IMG/VR virus record: IMGVR_UViG_3300037541_000632
Span: 1 to 64,000 of that record
DNA from: a virus
Length of the DNA: 64,000 bases
Direction: 5' to 3' (one strand)
Shown: positions 1-9,833 of the stretch, in pieces
Layout: every line of letters starts with the position of its first letter
Position numbering within the stretch: position 1 is the stretch's first letter
Position numbers and translations under genes: made by a program
Notes under the pieces: model-generated
What the model saw: only the letters and a program-made list of their open reading frames with translations
Told to the model about the DNA's origin: nothing
Database searches by the model: none

Positions 1-921
1 TACAACCGCGAAACTGGGGGAAATTTAAAAAGACCTCAGCCTGAAGGCGGGTCTCGTAGAGATTCATTCTGCGCGCGCATGAAGGGTATGAAAGCTAAAC
101 TGACTAGTGCAGAAACAGCAAGAGATCCTGATTCTCGTATTAACAAGTCACTTCGTAAATGGAAGTGCTCGTATGATATGAGCGAAATTAAAGAAGCTGC
201 AAAACGTAAAGGTCTTTGGGCAAATATACATGCCAAACGTGAACGAGGTGAAGCTCCTGCAAAACCCGGAGATGCTGATTTTCCAGATGCAAAGAACTGG
301 AAGAAAGTCACTAAGGAGTCCGAAAAGGAAGCTGCTGGTCGTTGCTGGAAAGGTTATGAACCTGTGCCGGGAATGAAGGCTAAAACTAAAGGTAGCTGTC
401 GCCCTGTTGGTGCAGGCAAAAAGGAATCAGTTAAAAAAGCTGATGAAGAAGAAATGGCTAATAAGCTCATGAACATTCAACAGTTCATGGGTCAAAATCC
501 ACGTAGAGAACTTAGTGAAGAAGAAACTAAAGCAGTAGAAAAAAGAAAAGGAGCTTTGCTTCCTTCCTTCTTTCCAAATTATTCTGACTCTCCTACAGTT
601 AAAATGTATAGCCCATTAATGCCAACTTTAGCTATGGGCGCTTTAGGCGGTGCGGGTGGATCGCTGCTCGGTAAAGTAATTGGTAAAGCTACAGGTAATG
701 AAGACGCTGGTACTTTAGTCGGTGGTGCAGGTGGCGCAGGGTTAGCAGCACTTATTGCTTATTTAAAGCGTAAACAGGAAAATGCGAATGTAGAAGAAAT
801 CATGCGCAGATTACCTCGCGGAGCTACTCTTCGTGATTATGAAGCTGATCCTTTAGTACAAAAGGATATGGATAGAAAATCTCAATTAGCTATGGCTGCT
901 ATGCTTGCAGGCCGACTTTAA
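1..921 (+). CDS. 5'-partial polyprotein of small basic phage modules plus a C-terminal glycine-zipper domain (probable virion internal protein)
   Basis: Frame is open from base 1 (YNRETGGNLKRPQPEGGSRRDSFCARMKGMK...RINKSLRKWKC). GLWANIHAKR and CWKGY modules, familiar from T4-like cyanophage small proteins, follow, separated by KEAA/KEAA/KKAD. Confidence 0.7.
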   Translation, partial: YNRETGGNLKRPQPEGGSRRDSFCARMKGMKAKLTSAETARDPDSRINKSLRKWKCSYDMSEIKEAAKRKGLWANIHAKRERGEAPAKPGDADFPDAKNWKKVTKESEKEAAGRCWKGYEPVPGMKAKTKGSCRPVGAGKKESVKKADEEEMANKLMNIQQFMGQNPRRELSEEETKAVEKRKGALLPSFFPNYSDSPTVKMYSPLMPTLAMGALGGAGGSLLGKVIGKATGNEDAGTLVGGAGGAGLAALIAYLKRKQENANVEEIMRRLPRGATLRDYEADPLVQKDMDRKSQLAMAAMLAGRL

Positions 922-1100
922 TTGAATCCTAACTAATCTTCTCTGCTCGTCGTATTTGGCAAACATCTGTTTTGCTTTGTCTACTTCTTTATTATTTATA
1001 AAGAGTGCAAAGCAGTATTTACTATTATAACGAATAGGATTATATTTATGACACAAAGCGTCTAGCTTGCGCAATTTCTGCCAAAGCTTTGTTTTATCTT

Positions 1101-1175
1101 TGGTCGAGAGACCAGGACTCGAACCTGGACTTGCAGTACGTCTACTCATGTTCTGACCTCTTAAACTATCTCTCG
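1101..1175 (-). tRNA. tRNA-like RNA with aberrant anticodon arm (pseudo-tRNA or decoy)
   Basis: Perfect acceptor CGAGAGA/TCTCTCG, A73-CCA end, T-arm CCAGG-TTCGAGT-CCTGG and D-arm; the anticodon arm is mismatched and lacks U33. Confidence 0.6.
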
Positions 1176-1179
1176 TTGT

Positions 1180-1728
1180 TTATTTATTGGTAATCCAGCA
1201 AAGCTCGCTAACTGAAATGATCTTGTCGTGAAGAGCTGTAAATTCAGATACAGCGCGATAAACACCATCCCACTCATAGTCATGCCCCGCAAATAATCCA
1301 CCTGGCTTTACTTTTGGATACCAAGCTTCAATGTCTGCTTTAATGTCCTCGTATGTATGCGATGCGTCTAGGAATACAAAATCAAGCGAGTCGTCTTCAA
1401 ACTGCATAGCAGCTTCTAAGGAAGGCATACGCAGTGGGACAATAACAGAATCAATAGCCTTAGTATTATTAATAAACTCACTATACAATGAGTCATTTTT
1501 AATACAGTGCATGTCCTGATGCTCAGAACTTCCTTTCCAAGTGTCTACACAATAAAGTTGAATAGGCTTACCAGAGTTAATGATCTCAACGCCAAGAAAC
1601 GCAGCGCTGCGTCCTTTCCAAGAACCTACCTCTACAAACTTACCGGCTGCAAACTGTTGTACAGCCTGAGTATATAGTCCGGGATACGTAAACCAGTCTT
1701 CACCAATGGTATTATAAAAGTGATCCAT
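1180..1728 (-). CDS. class I SAM-dependent methyltransferase (Methyltransf_24-like)
   Basis: VEVGSWKGRS, VDTW, DFVFLDASHTY and GGLFAGHDY motifs. Confidence 0.85.
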   Translation of the reverse strand: MDHFYNTIGEDWFTYPGLYTQAVQQFAAGKFVEVGSWKGRSAAFLGVEIINSGKPIQLYCVDTWKGSSEHQDMHCIKNDSLYSEFINNTKAIDSVIVPLRMPSLEAAMQFEDDSLDFVFLDASHTYEDIKADIEAWYPKVKPGGLFAGHDYEWDGVYRAVSEFTALHDKIISVSELCWITNK

Positions 1729-1731
1729 AAA

Positions 1732-2370
1732 TTAAATTTTCTTTTCGAACACTGCGAATCCATTACGCCAATTTGGAGCATCGGTCAAACAAACCCACTG
1801 GTCTGACTTGATTAGCTCATCGTAAATTTGAAAACATTTAAATGCTTGATGCACATCATCAATAAAAATAACTCTAGCTTTATCTCTGATTAAAACAAAT
1901 TCAGAATAGCCTGTGAATTCGCTACCATCTAGGAACACGCTGTCATATGACGATAGCGCGCCTAAATTCATACTGTCTGCTTCCTTGATGCACTCCACAT
2001 CGCGGTCATACCAAGACTTAACTAATTCTTTAGGATGAACGTGTTTTGGAATTTTATTGTAAGGACTGTTCCAGACATCTTCAAAATCTTTATACAATAG
2101 CTCATCATAACTAATACTAGATTTATTATGACAATGCACAAAATCAAGATGCTCATACATCTTTTGTAGATGTAAAAATTTGTCAGGTATGATCTCCACA
2201 CAGTCTATATGCAAGTCCCCACCAAGTACCTGCATTGCTTGCACAAAACAATTAGTGGATCCTTCACCACTCCAAGAACCTAGTTCAAGATTTTTACGCA
2301 GCTGTTTGTTGACAACAGTGTTATAAATAGAATTTCCTACGACGTCTTGTAATGTAATCTCAGCATGCAT
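1732..2370 (-). CDS. SAM-dependent methyltransferase-like protein
   Basis: LELGSWSGEGST, VFLDGSEF and IFIDD motifs; lies in the glycan cluster. Confidence 0.6.
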   Translation of the reverse strand: MHAEITLQDVVGNSIYNTVVNKQLRKNLELGSWSGEGSTNCFVQAMQVLGGDLHIDCVEIIPDKFLHLQKMYEHLDFVHCHNKSSISYDELLYKDFEDVWNSPYNKIPKHVHPKELVKSWYDRDVECIKEADSMNLGALSSYDSVFLDGSEFTGYSEFVLIRDKARVIFIDDVHQAFKCFQIYDELIKSDQWVCLTDAPNWRNGFAVFEKKI

Positions 2371-3172
2371 AATTTTTAATAAGTGTGTACCAATATTCTA
2401 TATCTAAATATTTTCTGTCTATCACTAGATTAGACATGTTATTGATTACATCGTCAAGTTTATTCCAGTCTTCTATTTGAATAATTGGTAAAAAGTCCCA
2501 GCTATCATACATGAAGTGTTTTTCAACTACAGGTATACAACCGAAATAAAGCGCTTCCCATGTTCTATGACAGTCTATACCGTTTCCTCTTGGAGAAGCT
2601 ACATAACGATGTAACTGCATTATATCGCGATAGTCTTTAAAGGATTTACCTGAATCGAATACACACGCGCTATTAGAGGTAAGAATGTTTTTAACATTCT
2701 CTCTGTTATGATGCGTATAAAGACTGAAGTTACAATATACAGAGTTTGATTTATCTCCTGCGATAAGCGGCAAATCCAATACATCAGGCACGATAGCGCC
2801 GCCTTTACTAAAACCTTCATGATTTTCTAAACCAATAGGAACAGGAATTAAATCTGGATGTTGGTAATTAGCATTCTGCGCAAACCACTTACTTATGCAA
2901 GCAGGTTTAACTTTAAATATATTTTCGTCTATTGAGTAGTCAGAGCAATGCGTAACTAACTTATACGGTCCTTCTTTTTTACCGCTAAGCAAAGCGCTGA
3001 AAAGAACTCCAATGTAATCAGTTTTGCAAAATATAATATCTCCAGGTTTTAGACTGTTTACATCAAAGGAACCGGGTTGGTCTATAATTAGATTCGCTAC
3101 TTTTTGTAAATTTACACCATTTATTACTGATTCGACTACTTTCATATTTTTAATATCTACTTTTACGTTCAA
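2360..3172 (-). CDS. exostosin/GT47-like glycosyltransferase
   Basis: SPRGNGIDCHRTWEALYFGCIP signature; start uncertain (TTG, or a downstream ATG). Confidence 0.7.
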   Translation of the reverse strand: MNVKVDIKNMKVVESVINGVNLQKVANLIIDQPGSFDVNSLKPGDIIFCKTDYIGVLFSALLSGKKEGPYKLVTHCSDYSIDENIFKVKPACISKWFAQNANYQHPDLIPVPIGLENHEGFSKGGAIVPDVLDLPLIAGDKSNSVYCNFSLYTHHNRENVKNILTSNSACVFDSGKSFKDYRDIMQLHRYVASPRGNGIDCHRTWEALYFGCIPVVEKHFMYDSWDFLPIIQIEDWNKLDDVINNMSNLVIDRKYLDIEYWYTLIKNYAC

Positions 3173-4355
3173 CGATCATAGCAGGTTTGCCGCTGTCTAC
3201 GGCACTTCGGAAAGCGTTTAAAACATCCTTACCTGTAACAGGATCTAATACTGGAAATGAAACAGCAGCCCTAAAAACATTTGTAAAATCTTGAGAATGC
3301 GTAGGCCCGGAGTAAAAAGGCCCACCATCCGCAACAACAGCACGAATGATAACCGGCACTTTGTACTGCCCGTGAGAGATCCGCTCAATCTTATCGATAT
3401 GGTTTACGATAGCGTCCATCGCCACCAGCATGAAGTCATGACGCTCGTAATAAAGAACAGGTATAAAACCTTCAAAGGACATACCTATAGCTAACCCAGC
3501 CATTAAATTCTCTGCAACTGGAGTTTCTAGCTTTTGAGATAATGGTACATACTTCAGAGTTCCCATAGCGTCACCACGTTTCACATTGTAACCAATGAAA
3601 ACAACATTGCGGCTAGACAGCTCTTCCATAGCCACAGCAACTGCATCCTTATACGACAAGCTTGTATTATCGTATTCAGGATAGTCTGTGTATACCTCAC
3701 TCGCAATAGATGGGAAATATTCCTCATCTGTTTTTTTGACTGCTTTGCTTAAATCAATCTTACCCGGCATACGCGCATGAGGATAAGTGATGTCGTAGTA
3801 GTACTTCAGCACATTAGGAGAAGCCCATTTAATATCACCTGTTTTACCCCAACGCTCATCGTTAGGTGTTTCAACAGACCGATTATTATTCTCAATTACA
3901 AATGTGCAAGGAAGGTCTAATCCTTCCGCATAACGCGCAGCTTCAAAAAGATGCCCAGAATCCTCTGTACCGTCACCGACAAAGCACCAGACTTTTTGTT
4001 TGGAGCCTTTCTGCTTTAAAGCCCAGGCAATACCTACAGCAATTCCGGGAGTACCGCCAATAATCGCAGAGCAAAAGAAATTTCTACTGCGATCATAAAT
4101 AAACATGCTCTGTCCGTTAAGTATTTTCTGCGCTAATTCGTCAGCAGGAATACCGTGTAATAAAGCATGGTAATGACTTCTGTGGTTGGACAACACGTAG
4201 TCATCTTTATCGATATTATTAAAAATATCAATTAACTGGTCTTCGTTACCTCCCGATAAATGGAAAAGAAAAGGTAACTTGTTATCAAGGTAAAGCTCTC
4301 CGATTCTTGTTTCAAAGTCGATGAGATCTTGTTTGGAAAGGTTGGTTGTACTCAT
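3150..4355 (-). CDS. fused TPP-dependent E1 alpha / transketolase pyrimidine-binding domain enzyme
   Basis: HLSGGNE, NHRSHYH and GDG...ENN (TPP motif), then ETPVAENLMAGLAIG and GPTHSQ. Start moved to ATG 4355, just after the upstream stop. Confidence 0.85.
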   Translation of the reverse strand: MSTTNLSKQDLIDFETRIGELYLDNKLPFLFHLSGGNEDQLIDIFNNIDKDDYVLSNHRSHYHALLHGIPADELAQKILNGQSMFIYDRSRNFFCSAIIGGTPGIAVGIAWALKQKGSKQKVWCFVGDGTEDSGHLFEAARYAEGLDLPCTFVIENNNRSVETPNDERWGKTGDIKWASPNVLKYYYDITYPHARMPGKIDLSKAVKKTDEEYFPSIASEVYTDYPEYDNTSLSYKDAVAVAMEELSSRNVVFIGYNVKRGDAMGTLKYVPLSQKLETPVAENLMAGLAIGMSFEGFIPVLYYERHDFMLVAMDAIVNHIDKIERISHGQYKVPVIIRAVVADGGPFYSGPTHSQDFTNVFRAAVSFPVLDPVTGKDVLNAFRSAVDSGKPAMIVERKSRY

Positions 4356-4356
4356 A

Positions 4357-5454
4357 TTAAACAAACGCGTCGTAGCTGTCGTTAGCAAGTTTATCGTATA
4401 GCGCAACTTTATTATGGTTTGCGCATTCGTGATGACACACATTGCACGGTTTAAATTTATCGTGCCATTCTTTAACTTCATCAGAGAACCAAGCCTCTGA
4501 GAATTTTCTGTTTTGCATACCAGCGATCAAACCATGCTTACTATAAGCAGTGTTGTGACACGCATAGATGTTCAAGTCCGCACCCACAACGCAAGTTGTC
4601 TGCGCATACAAACAACGGTTGAACGGTCTCACCGGTGACTTAGACGCGCTGTCTAAATCATATGTAGTGTTAATGGAAAAGTTATCATCGCAAAAAGACT
4701 GACATTCTAAAAGCTGCTCAACAACGCGAGCAGCAATAGGAGTATGATACTCTTTGAAACCGCTAATATAAACTGGACTAAAACGAATGTTCTCTACGCC
4801 ACAATCCTTTAGTTGTTTTGCAAAGTCTACAATACCTTCGTGGTTATCTCTGGTAATGATAAAATTAACGCCCAGATCAGAATTAGCATTCTTCATCTTT
4901 GCGAAGTTTGTAATGTTATCTAAAACACCGGTAAAGAAGCGACCAGGGACATTGCGAGATTCCACCATCTGCTTCTCGCTAGTGTAATCCATAGAAATAC
5001 GAACCCACTTAGCATGTGCTAAAGTCTCTGCACGCGCACCCTGCAGTAACTGCCCATTGGTAATAATAGATAACGCTATATTCCTATCCAGCGTTCGCTG
5101 CATGATAGACGCTATGTCTTTATGAAGTAGAGGTTCTCCACCGCCAGAAAATGTCACTGCTTTAGTGCCAATATCAGCCAGGTCATCGATGAGTCCAAGA
5201 GCAGCATCCGAAGGCATGATATCCTGTTCTCGCATTGTCTCATGCATCCCGGCCTGCAAATGCTTATCAGGTCTGTCCTTAGGTCTTAAAGTACCATCAG
5301 AATACACACACCAGTGACAAGCATGATTACAGCGATTTATAGGCTTGATGCGTACATAAATCGGCGCAGTTAAAACATTATCTCTGAAACTTTGTACTTT
5401 CTCAGGAAAAGCAAATATCTTGTAATCGCTATATTTATTTTGTTTTAAACTCAT
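4357..5454 (-). CDS. radical SAM protein with SPASM/twitch-like C-terminus
   Basis: CNHACHWC, FSGGGEPLL, ITNG motifs and C-terminal Cys cluster. Confidence 0.9.
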   Translation of the reverse strand: MSLKQNKYSDYKIFAFPEKVQSFRDNVLTAPIYVRIKPINRCNHACHWCVYSDGTLRPKDRPDKHLQAGMHETMREQDIMPSDAALGLIDDLADIGTKAVTFSGGGEPLLHKDIASIMQRTLDRNIALSIITNGQLLQGARAETLAHAKWVRISMDYTSEKQMVESRNVPGRFFTGVLDNITNFAKMKNANSDLGVNFIITRDNHEGIVDFAKQLKDCGVENIRFSPVYISGFKEYHTPIAARVVEQLLECQSFCDDNFSINTTYDLDSASKSPVRPFNRCLYAQTTCVVGADLNIYACHNTAYSKHGLIAGMQNRKFSEAWFSDEVKEWHDKFKPCNVCHHECANHNKVALYDKLANDSYDAFV

Positions 5455-5455
5455 T

Positions 5456-6133
5456 TTAATTAATTATGCTCCAGTTTTTATTTAAAGTAGGTAACTGCCA
5501 GGAAGGATTTATTCGAGCATACCGATGCACGAATAATTTTACTTCTTTAGATATTCTATCGGTGTAGTCAACAAAAAACATCAAAGAAGAATCAATTACA
5601 TGAATTTCTTTTGCGGCTGCAGCTAACTTTATATAGTCCGTTAAGCTAAACCCGGAAACTGGATTGACATGTATTACAGGAAGGTCCGTATGTAACTTTG
5701 TTACAGAAAATCCCCGAGACGTATCTTCGTGAACAAGTACATAGTCTTCAGGAGGATTTATTACACTAAAAAGCGTGTTTTCACGCATTGATTCAGGACA
5801 ATAAAAATTTTTGTACCTAGCTTCAAAATTAACATCAGCCAGTTTATAAAACTGCTGATCAAAAGGTTCTTGCGCGTTCAATTGCCCAAAACCTATAAAC
5901 TTATAATTTAAGTTAGGGTTAGCTTTTATAAAGTTTAAAACTTCCGCGTCGTCTTTAGGTATACACCACACATCCAAATCTGAATACATTGACGCTACCG
6001 AGTTTAAGTTTTGAGGCTTGCAGAATATAGCTAAAGGACCATACCGTTCGGCATACGTGCGAACGATACCATGACAAATAATATGATCACCTAAACCCAA
6101 ATGGTGATATAAAAATAATCTATTCATTAACAA
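5456..6133 (-). CDS. glycosyltransferase-like protein (GT-B type)
   Basis: HHLGLGDHI N-terminal motif and IHVIDSS; cluster context. Confidence 0.55.
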   Translation of the reverse strand: MLMNRLFLYHHLGLGDHIICHGIVRTYAERYGPLAIFCKPQNLNSVASMYSDLDVWCIPKDDAEVLNFIKANPNLNYKFIGFGQLNAQEPFDQQFYKLADVNFEARYKNFYCPESMRENTLFSVINPPEDYVLVHEDTSRGFSVTKLHTDLPVIHVNPVSGFSLTDYIKLAAAAKEIHVIDSSLMFFVDYTDRISKEVKLFVHRYARINPSWQLPTLNKNWSIIN

Positions 6134-6860
6134 ACTTCACGTTAGCTCTGTGGTGCATGAACAATTGCTCGTAAGGTCTGAACGCTAAATGATTTCCCCA
6201 TTCAGAAGGTTCAGGTAAAACGCAGACACCGTGTTTAACTGCGAGTATAGATAAAATAGACTGGTCATGCCTATGATCTCTAAACACGTCAAATTCAGAT
6301 ATGCCTTCTATTTTATTATCAGAAATGACATCGTAGTTTCTGCACCACATATCATAGTCGTTAACAAACTTTAAAGTATTGTCATCTTTCCGGTACATCT
6401 GATAAGCTGCATCCATTTGCTTTGCATACCAGAAGTCCGGGGTGTCTGCGCCCATTAAGGTAAAGCAAGAACGCTTAGTCCAGTTAATGTTACGCCAACA
6501 CAAGCCTTGGGGATTGCCGTCTCTGTTATCAAATAGAACAATACCCATCTCACTAGCTCTATTATACAGATAGTCTAGGTTCCGCATTACAAGATTACCG
6601 CTATCTGCGTAAAACACAATATCACCAGGATCAACTTTGGATAAAGCATCTAAAATGATTTGCGTTTTCCAAGCCCAAAAACCATAACCGCGCGTTTCCT
6701 TATAAATATCTTTGTACTTATCTTTGAAATGGTAATCTAGACTATTTTCGTCGTAGGCCATAACTACATCAACACCTCCGCGCGAGAGCGCCGAGTCGCC
6801 AAGATACTTTTGAGATTCATAATACTTAGGCGTAGCGAATGATATTAAAACTTTTTTCAT
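6120..6860 (-). CDS. glycosyltransferase-like protein (GT-A type)
   Basis: RGYGFWAWK, YADSG and HRHDQSILS motifs. Confidence 0.65.
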   Translation of the reverse strand: MKKVLISFATPKYYESQKYLGDSALSRGGVDVVMAYDENSLDYHFKDKYKDIYKETRGYGFWAWKTQIILDALSKVDPGDIVFYADSGNLVMRNLDYLYNRASEMGIVLFDNRDGNPQGLCWRNINWTKRSCFTLMGADTPDFWYAKQMDAAYQMYRKDDNTLKFVNDYDMWCRNYDVISDNKIEGISEFDVFRDHRHDQSILSILAVKHGVCVLPEPSEWGNHLAFRPYEQLFMHHRANVKFVNE

Positions 6861-6877
6861 AAATCAATAATAAGACA

Positions 6878-7099
6878 TCAGTAACTCATCTCGTTGTTAT
6901 GTAGATCTCTGGCATCCAGGATGGCCCAGCTGTCTGTCGTTTCATCGCTATCAGGCGTAACAGTAATAATACTACCGCTAATCTTTTTTATATACACGGT
7001 TTGACCGTAATTTAACTTTTTACTAGTTCTAGTTTTAACTGCGGCTTTTCCGCCTTCAGTCAAATAAAATGCGTTTCCTTGGTCTTTAGGTCTGTTCAT
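6878..7099 (-). CDS. hypothetical protein
   Basis: ATG-started ORF tiling with neighbours. Confidence 0.5.
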   Translation of the reverse strand: MNRPKDQGNAFYLTEGGKAAVKTRTSKKLNYGQTVYIKKISGSIITVTPDSDETTDSWAILDARDLHNNEMSY

Positions 7100-7279
7100 A
7101 AATAAGCTGTCCTTTGTCTCATTACCAAACTAATAAATATTAGTCGGGGTTAATTAAATAGATCTCTTTTAAAGTCATCTCTGCGTCTCTCAAACTGACG
7201 AACAATTCTATTTCTTTTCCTTCTACATTTTGGAAAGCAGATTTTTTTACGTAACCAAAAGAAAAGTAGTGTAATAGAT

Positions 7280-7504
7280 TTAAACATTTTTATAAAAGGG
7301 TCCTTGTTGCTCGTCACACCAACATTGAGTTCTACCAGGTCTGACTACATGTAAACCACAGTTTTTACTGTCGCACAACTGCCATTCCTGATAACCATCA
7401 CTTACTGTTTTCTTTTTTTTAAATATCTGATCATAGTTAGACTCGAATTTATTCCAGTCGGTTGATTGGCGAATAGCCGAACCTTTTCCTGCTTCTCCAT
7501 TCAT
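7280..7504 (-). CDS. small phage protein
   Basis: GKGS..R...F.SNYD.IF motif seen in small phage proteins; Cys-containing tail. Confidence 0.55.
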   Translation of the reverse strand: MNGEAGKGSAIRQSTDWNKFESNYDQIFKKKKTVSDGYQEWQLCDSKNCGLHVVRPGRTQCWCDEQQGPFYKNV

Positions 7505-7508
7505 ATGT

Positions 7509-8519
7509 TTATGTTGGTAGACAATTTTCGGTAGTACAATCTAAACCAATAAAGCCTTTTTCTCCGGGCAGCTTGTCGGCTTGATAATAGGAACCTGGAA
7601 AACCTCTAAATGACATAAACGTTAAGCGCACGCCACAAAGAACATCACAAGTATATATATATGATCCTTGTAAAGTTACGTAAGGTACATTTGAGTAACA
7701 AGCCTGGCTGTAAGGGTACTCTTGGCCCTCGTAGGAGCAGGTACATTCAAAGTCATTATTATCGCAAGACCCTGTGCAACTTTTAGTATAAGGCGTACCA
7801 TATATCTCATAACAAGCACAACAATAATTACTGTAATTACACCTATATGATTCTATATCTTCAGCAAAACTAAAAGAATTTATGTCAGCCCAGTATTCGT
7901 TAGGATATGGGCTTTCATAAGGATATGAAATTGGTGTTATACTTGGATTGTTGCTGCAGTCATACGGCGTAATAAAAGGACTACCAGTACCGCCAGGATA
8001 ATTGTTGTACCAATGATCACCATATAAAATACCTCTGTTATCTGGATTAATACCATACATTTCTAATCGCCCTAGATTGTGGCAGTATTGAAATTCAGTT
8101 TGAATATAAGGAATTCTAATAGAGAAATCTAGAGTTATAGTAGCGCCGTAATTTATATAAAAAGTGTGAATGGGAATACCTCCAGCAGCGTTTGTAACGC
8201 CTGCGGAGCCCAGCTCTTTGAAAGTTACATTAGAACCAGTCCCAGAGCTGAAAGTACAAGCCGGTAGATCAGCAGTAATGTCTGAATTATAATTCTCATA
8301 AAACCCTTGTGTTCCTAGCGAGGAGCTAGGTTCGAGTAATACGAATGCGTCGGGGTAGGAGCCGCTATAAGGGACAGCTAACAAGGGCGTATGACAGCAA
8401 GTAGCAGTTTTAGTAGAGCATATGTCAGGGTACGCAGACTGTATAGAAGGATGCGTAATGGTATTACAAAGTTGCGGACCTCCTGATGGTCCTACCGCAT
8501 TTAAAATATAGTTAGCCAT
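7509..8519 (-). CDS. Cys/Tyr/Pro-rich hypothetical protein
   Basis: 336 aa ORF with many cysteines and few lysines. Confidence 0.7.
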   Translation of the reverse strand: MANYILNAVGPSGGPQLCNTITHPSIQSAYPDICSTKTATCCHTPLLAVPYSGSYPDAFVLLEPSSSLGTQGFYENYNSDITADLPACTFSSGTGSNVTFKELGSAGVTNAAGGIPIHTFYINYGATITLDFSIRIPYIQTEFQYCHNLGRLEMYGINPDNRGILYGDHWYNNYPGGTGSPFITPYDCSNNPSITPISYPYESPYPNEYWADINSFSFAEDIESYRCNYSNYCCACYEIYGTPYTKSCTGSCDNNDFECTCSYEGQEYPYSQACYSNVPYVTLQGSYIYTCDVLCGVRLTFMSFRGFPGSYYQADKLPGEKGFIGLDCTTENCLPT

Positions 8520-8636
8520 AATAATTAATTAAAAAATTCGTCTTCTTTACCGCAACTACAGCAAGGTTCTCCGGGACCGTTGCGCCAATTATGACAACCA
8601 ATGTAACATAACAATTTATCTATAAATTTATTCATG

Positions 8637-9215
8637 TTAAATACTGATTTCTTTCAAATTTTTGATTTTGGCAGTAATCACGTCCATAGCAACTGGCGTA
8701 TAATCGTGATGTTCGACACAAGCATTAAAATAAAAGGGATGCTGCTCATGAATAGGACCTAAAACCATCTGTGTGTCTTGTCCGATGATTCTTTCATGAA
8801 TATGCCCATGTAAATTAATGAATCCACGCTTAATGGAGTTCAAGTGTAACGGGATGTGAGTCATCATAACACCTTCTTTTGGTAAAATACGCATAGCATA
8901 CACTTCATCGAAGTAATCAGCGTAAAATTGGAAACCAAATATGTCATGGTTTCCCATAATAAGCCTCTTTTTACCATTTAGCCGCTTAACGACATCAATA
9001 TATCGTTTTTTCATTACCACATCACCAAGGTGATAGACCTTGTCATTCGGTTTAACGACGGAATTCCACTTATTTACGATATATTCGTCCATTTCCTCAA
9101 AACAAGAGAATCCTGGACGTACTTTTTCACCATTATCCCGGAGAAAAGTCAAAATATTCTCATGGGAGAAGTGAGTATCGGAAATAACAAAGGTATCTTT
9201 TTCAGTTTGCATCAT
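8637..9215 (-). CDS. calcineurin-like metallophosphoesterase
   Basis: SDTH, LGD, GNHD, TH.P and HGHIH motifs. Confidence 0.9.
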   Translation of the reverse strand: MMQTEKDTFVISDTHFSHENILTFLRDNGEKVRPGFSCFEEMDEYIVNKWNSVVKPNDKVYHLGDVVMKKRYIDVVKRLNGKKRLIMGNHDIFGFQFYADYFDEVYAMRILPKEGVMMTHIPLHLNSIKRGFINLHGHIHERIIGQDTQMVLGPIHEQHPFYFNACVEHHDYTPVAMDVITAKIKNLKEISI

Positions 9216-9414
9216 TTTTTTGATCTTTTTTTACTTTTTTGTACAAAACTCGTTTTTGTTTCTTTATATTTAGTAATTGCATGGCCTTTAGTGCCTTTAC
9301 TGCTGTGTTTACTGCCAGTATGTAGCTATTGTAGCTCTGGTGATCCGGGCTTATTTGGCTTAATAAGCTGTCTAGCTGCGCTATTGCTGTTTCTAGGTTG
9401 CTATATGAACTCAT
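9202..9414 (-). CDS. hypothetical protein
   Basis: Overlaps both neighbours in an operon-like manner. Confidence 0.55.
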   Translation of the reverse strand: MSSYSNLETAIAQLDSLLSQISPDHQSYNSYILAVNTAVKALKAMQLLNIKKQKRVLYKKVKKDQKNDAN

Positions 9415-9833
9415 TTTACATTTAAATCAGAAACTGTGTTTAACTTTATACTAATATATTCAATTCCGTTGATTTCTTTAATGCTCCACAGCTTATCCTC
9501 AGGTACTTCTACGAATTCCAGTTTAGAAAAGCGATCATTCATAGCATCTAAACCGATAAAATCAGCCACCTCCAATAAAGCAGGATGATCTCGAGGTATA
9601 TCTGCGCAGTGGTGGATATATGTATTTTTAATTTCTTCCAAACCTTTACCGTCTTTAGTATTGATAAGCGCGGCGTGATAGTTTAACGCGCTTGTTTTCA
9701 GTAGAATAGACTTAAAATTCTCTGTATATTTTGTAAAAGGAATATTGGCCTTCTTCAGAAACAGCTCGTGAGCCTCTTTAGATAGCCCAAATCCTGCATT
9801 GTTCTTGTTAATAAGTACTTTCTTAGCGCTCAT
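9411..9833 (-). CDS. conserved phage hypothetical protein
   Basis: KVLINK...GFGLS...RDHP.L...G.EY pattern common in phages. Confidence 0.7.
   Translation of the reverse strand: MSAKKVLINKNNAGFGLSKEAHELFLKKANIPFTKYTENFKSILLKTSALNYHAALINTKDGKGLEEIKNTYIHHCADIPRDHPALLEVADFIGLDAMNDRFSKLEFVEVPEDKLWSIKEINGIEYISIKLNTVSDLNVK

Noticed and set aside
886-1149. 87-aa ORF on the - strand
   Set aside because: Its start lies inside the tRNA-like gene and it overlaps the convergent gene's end; no recognisable motif.
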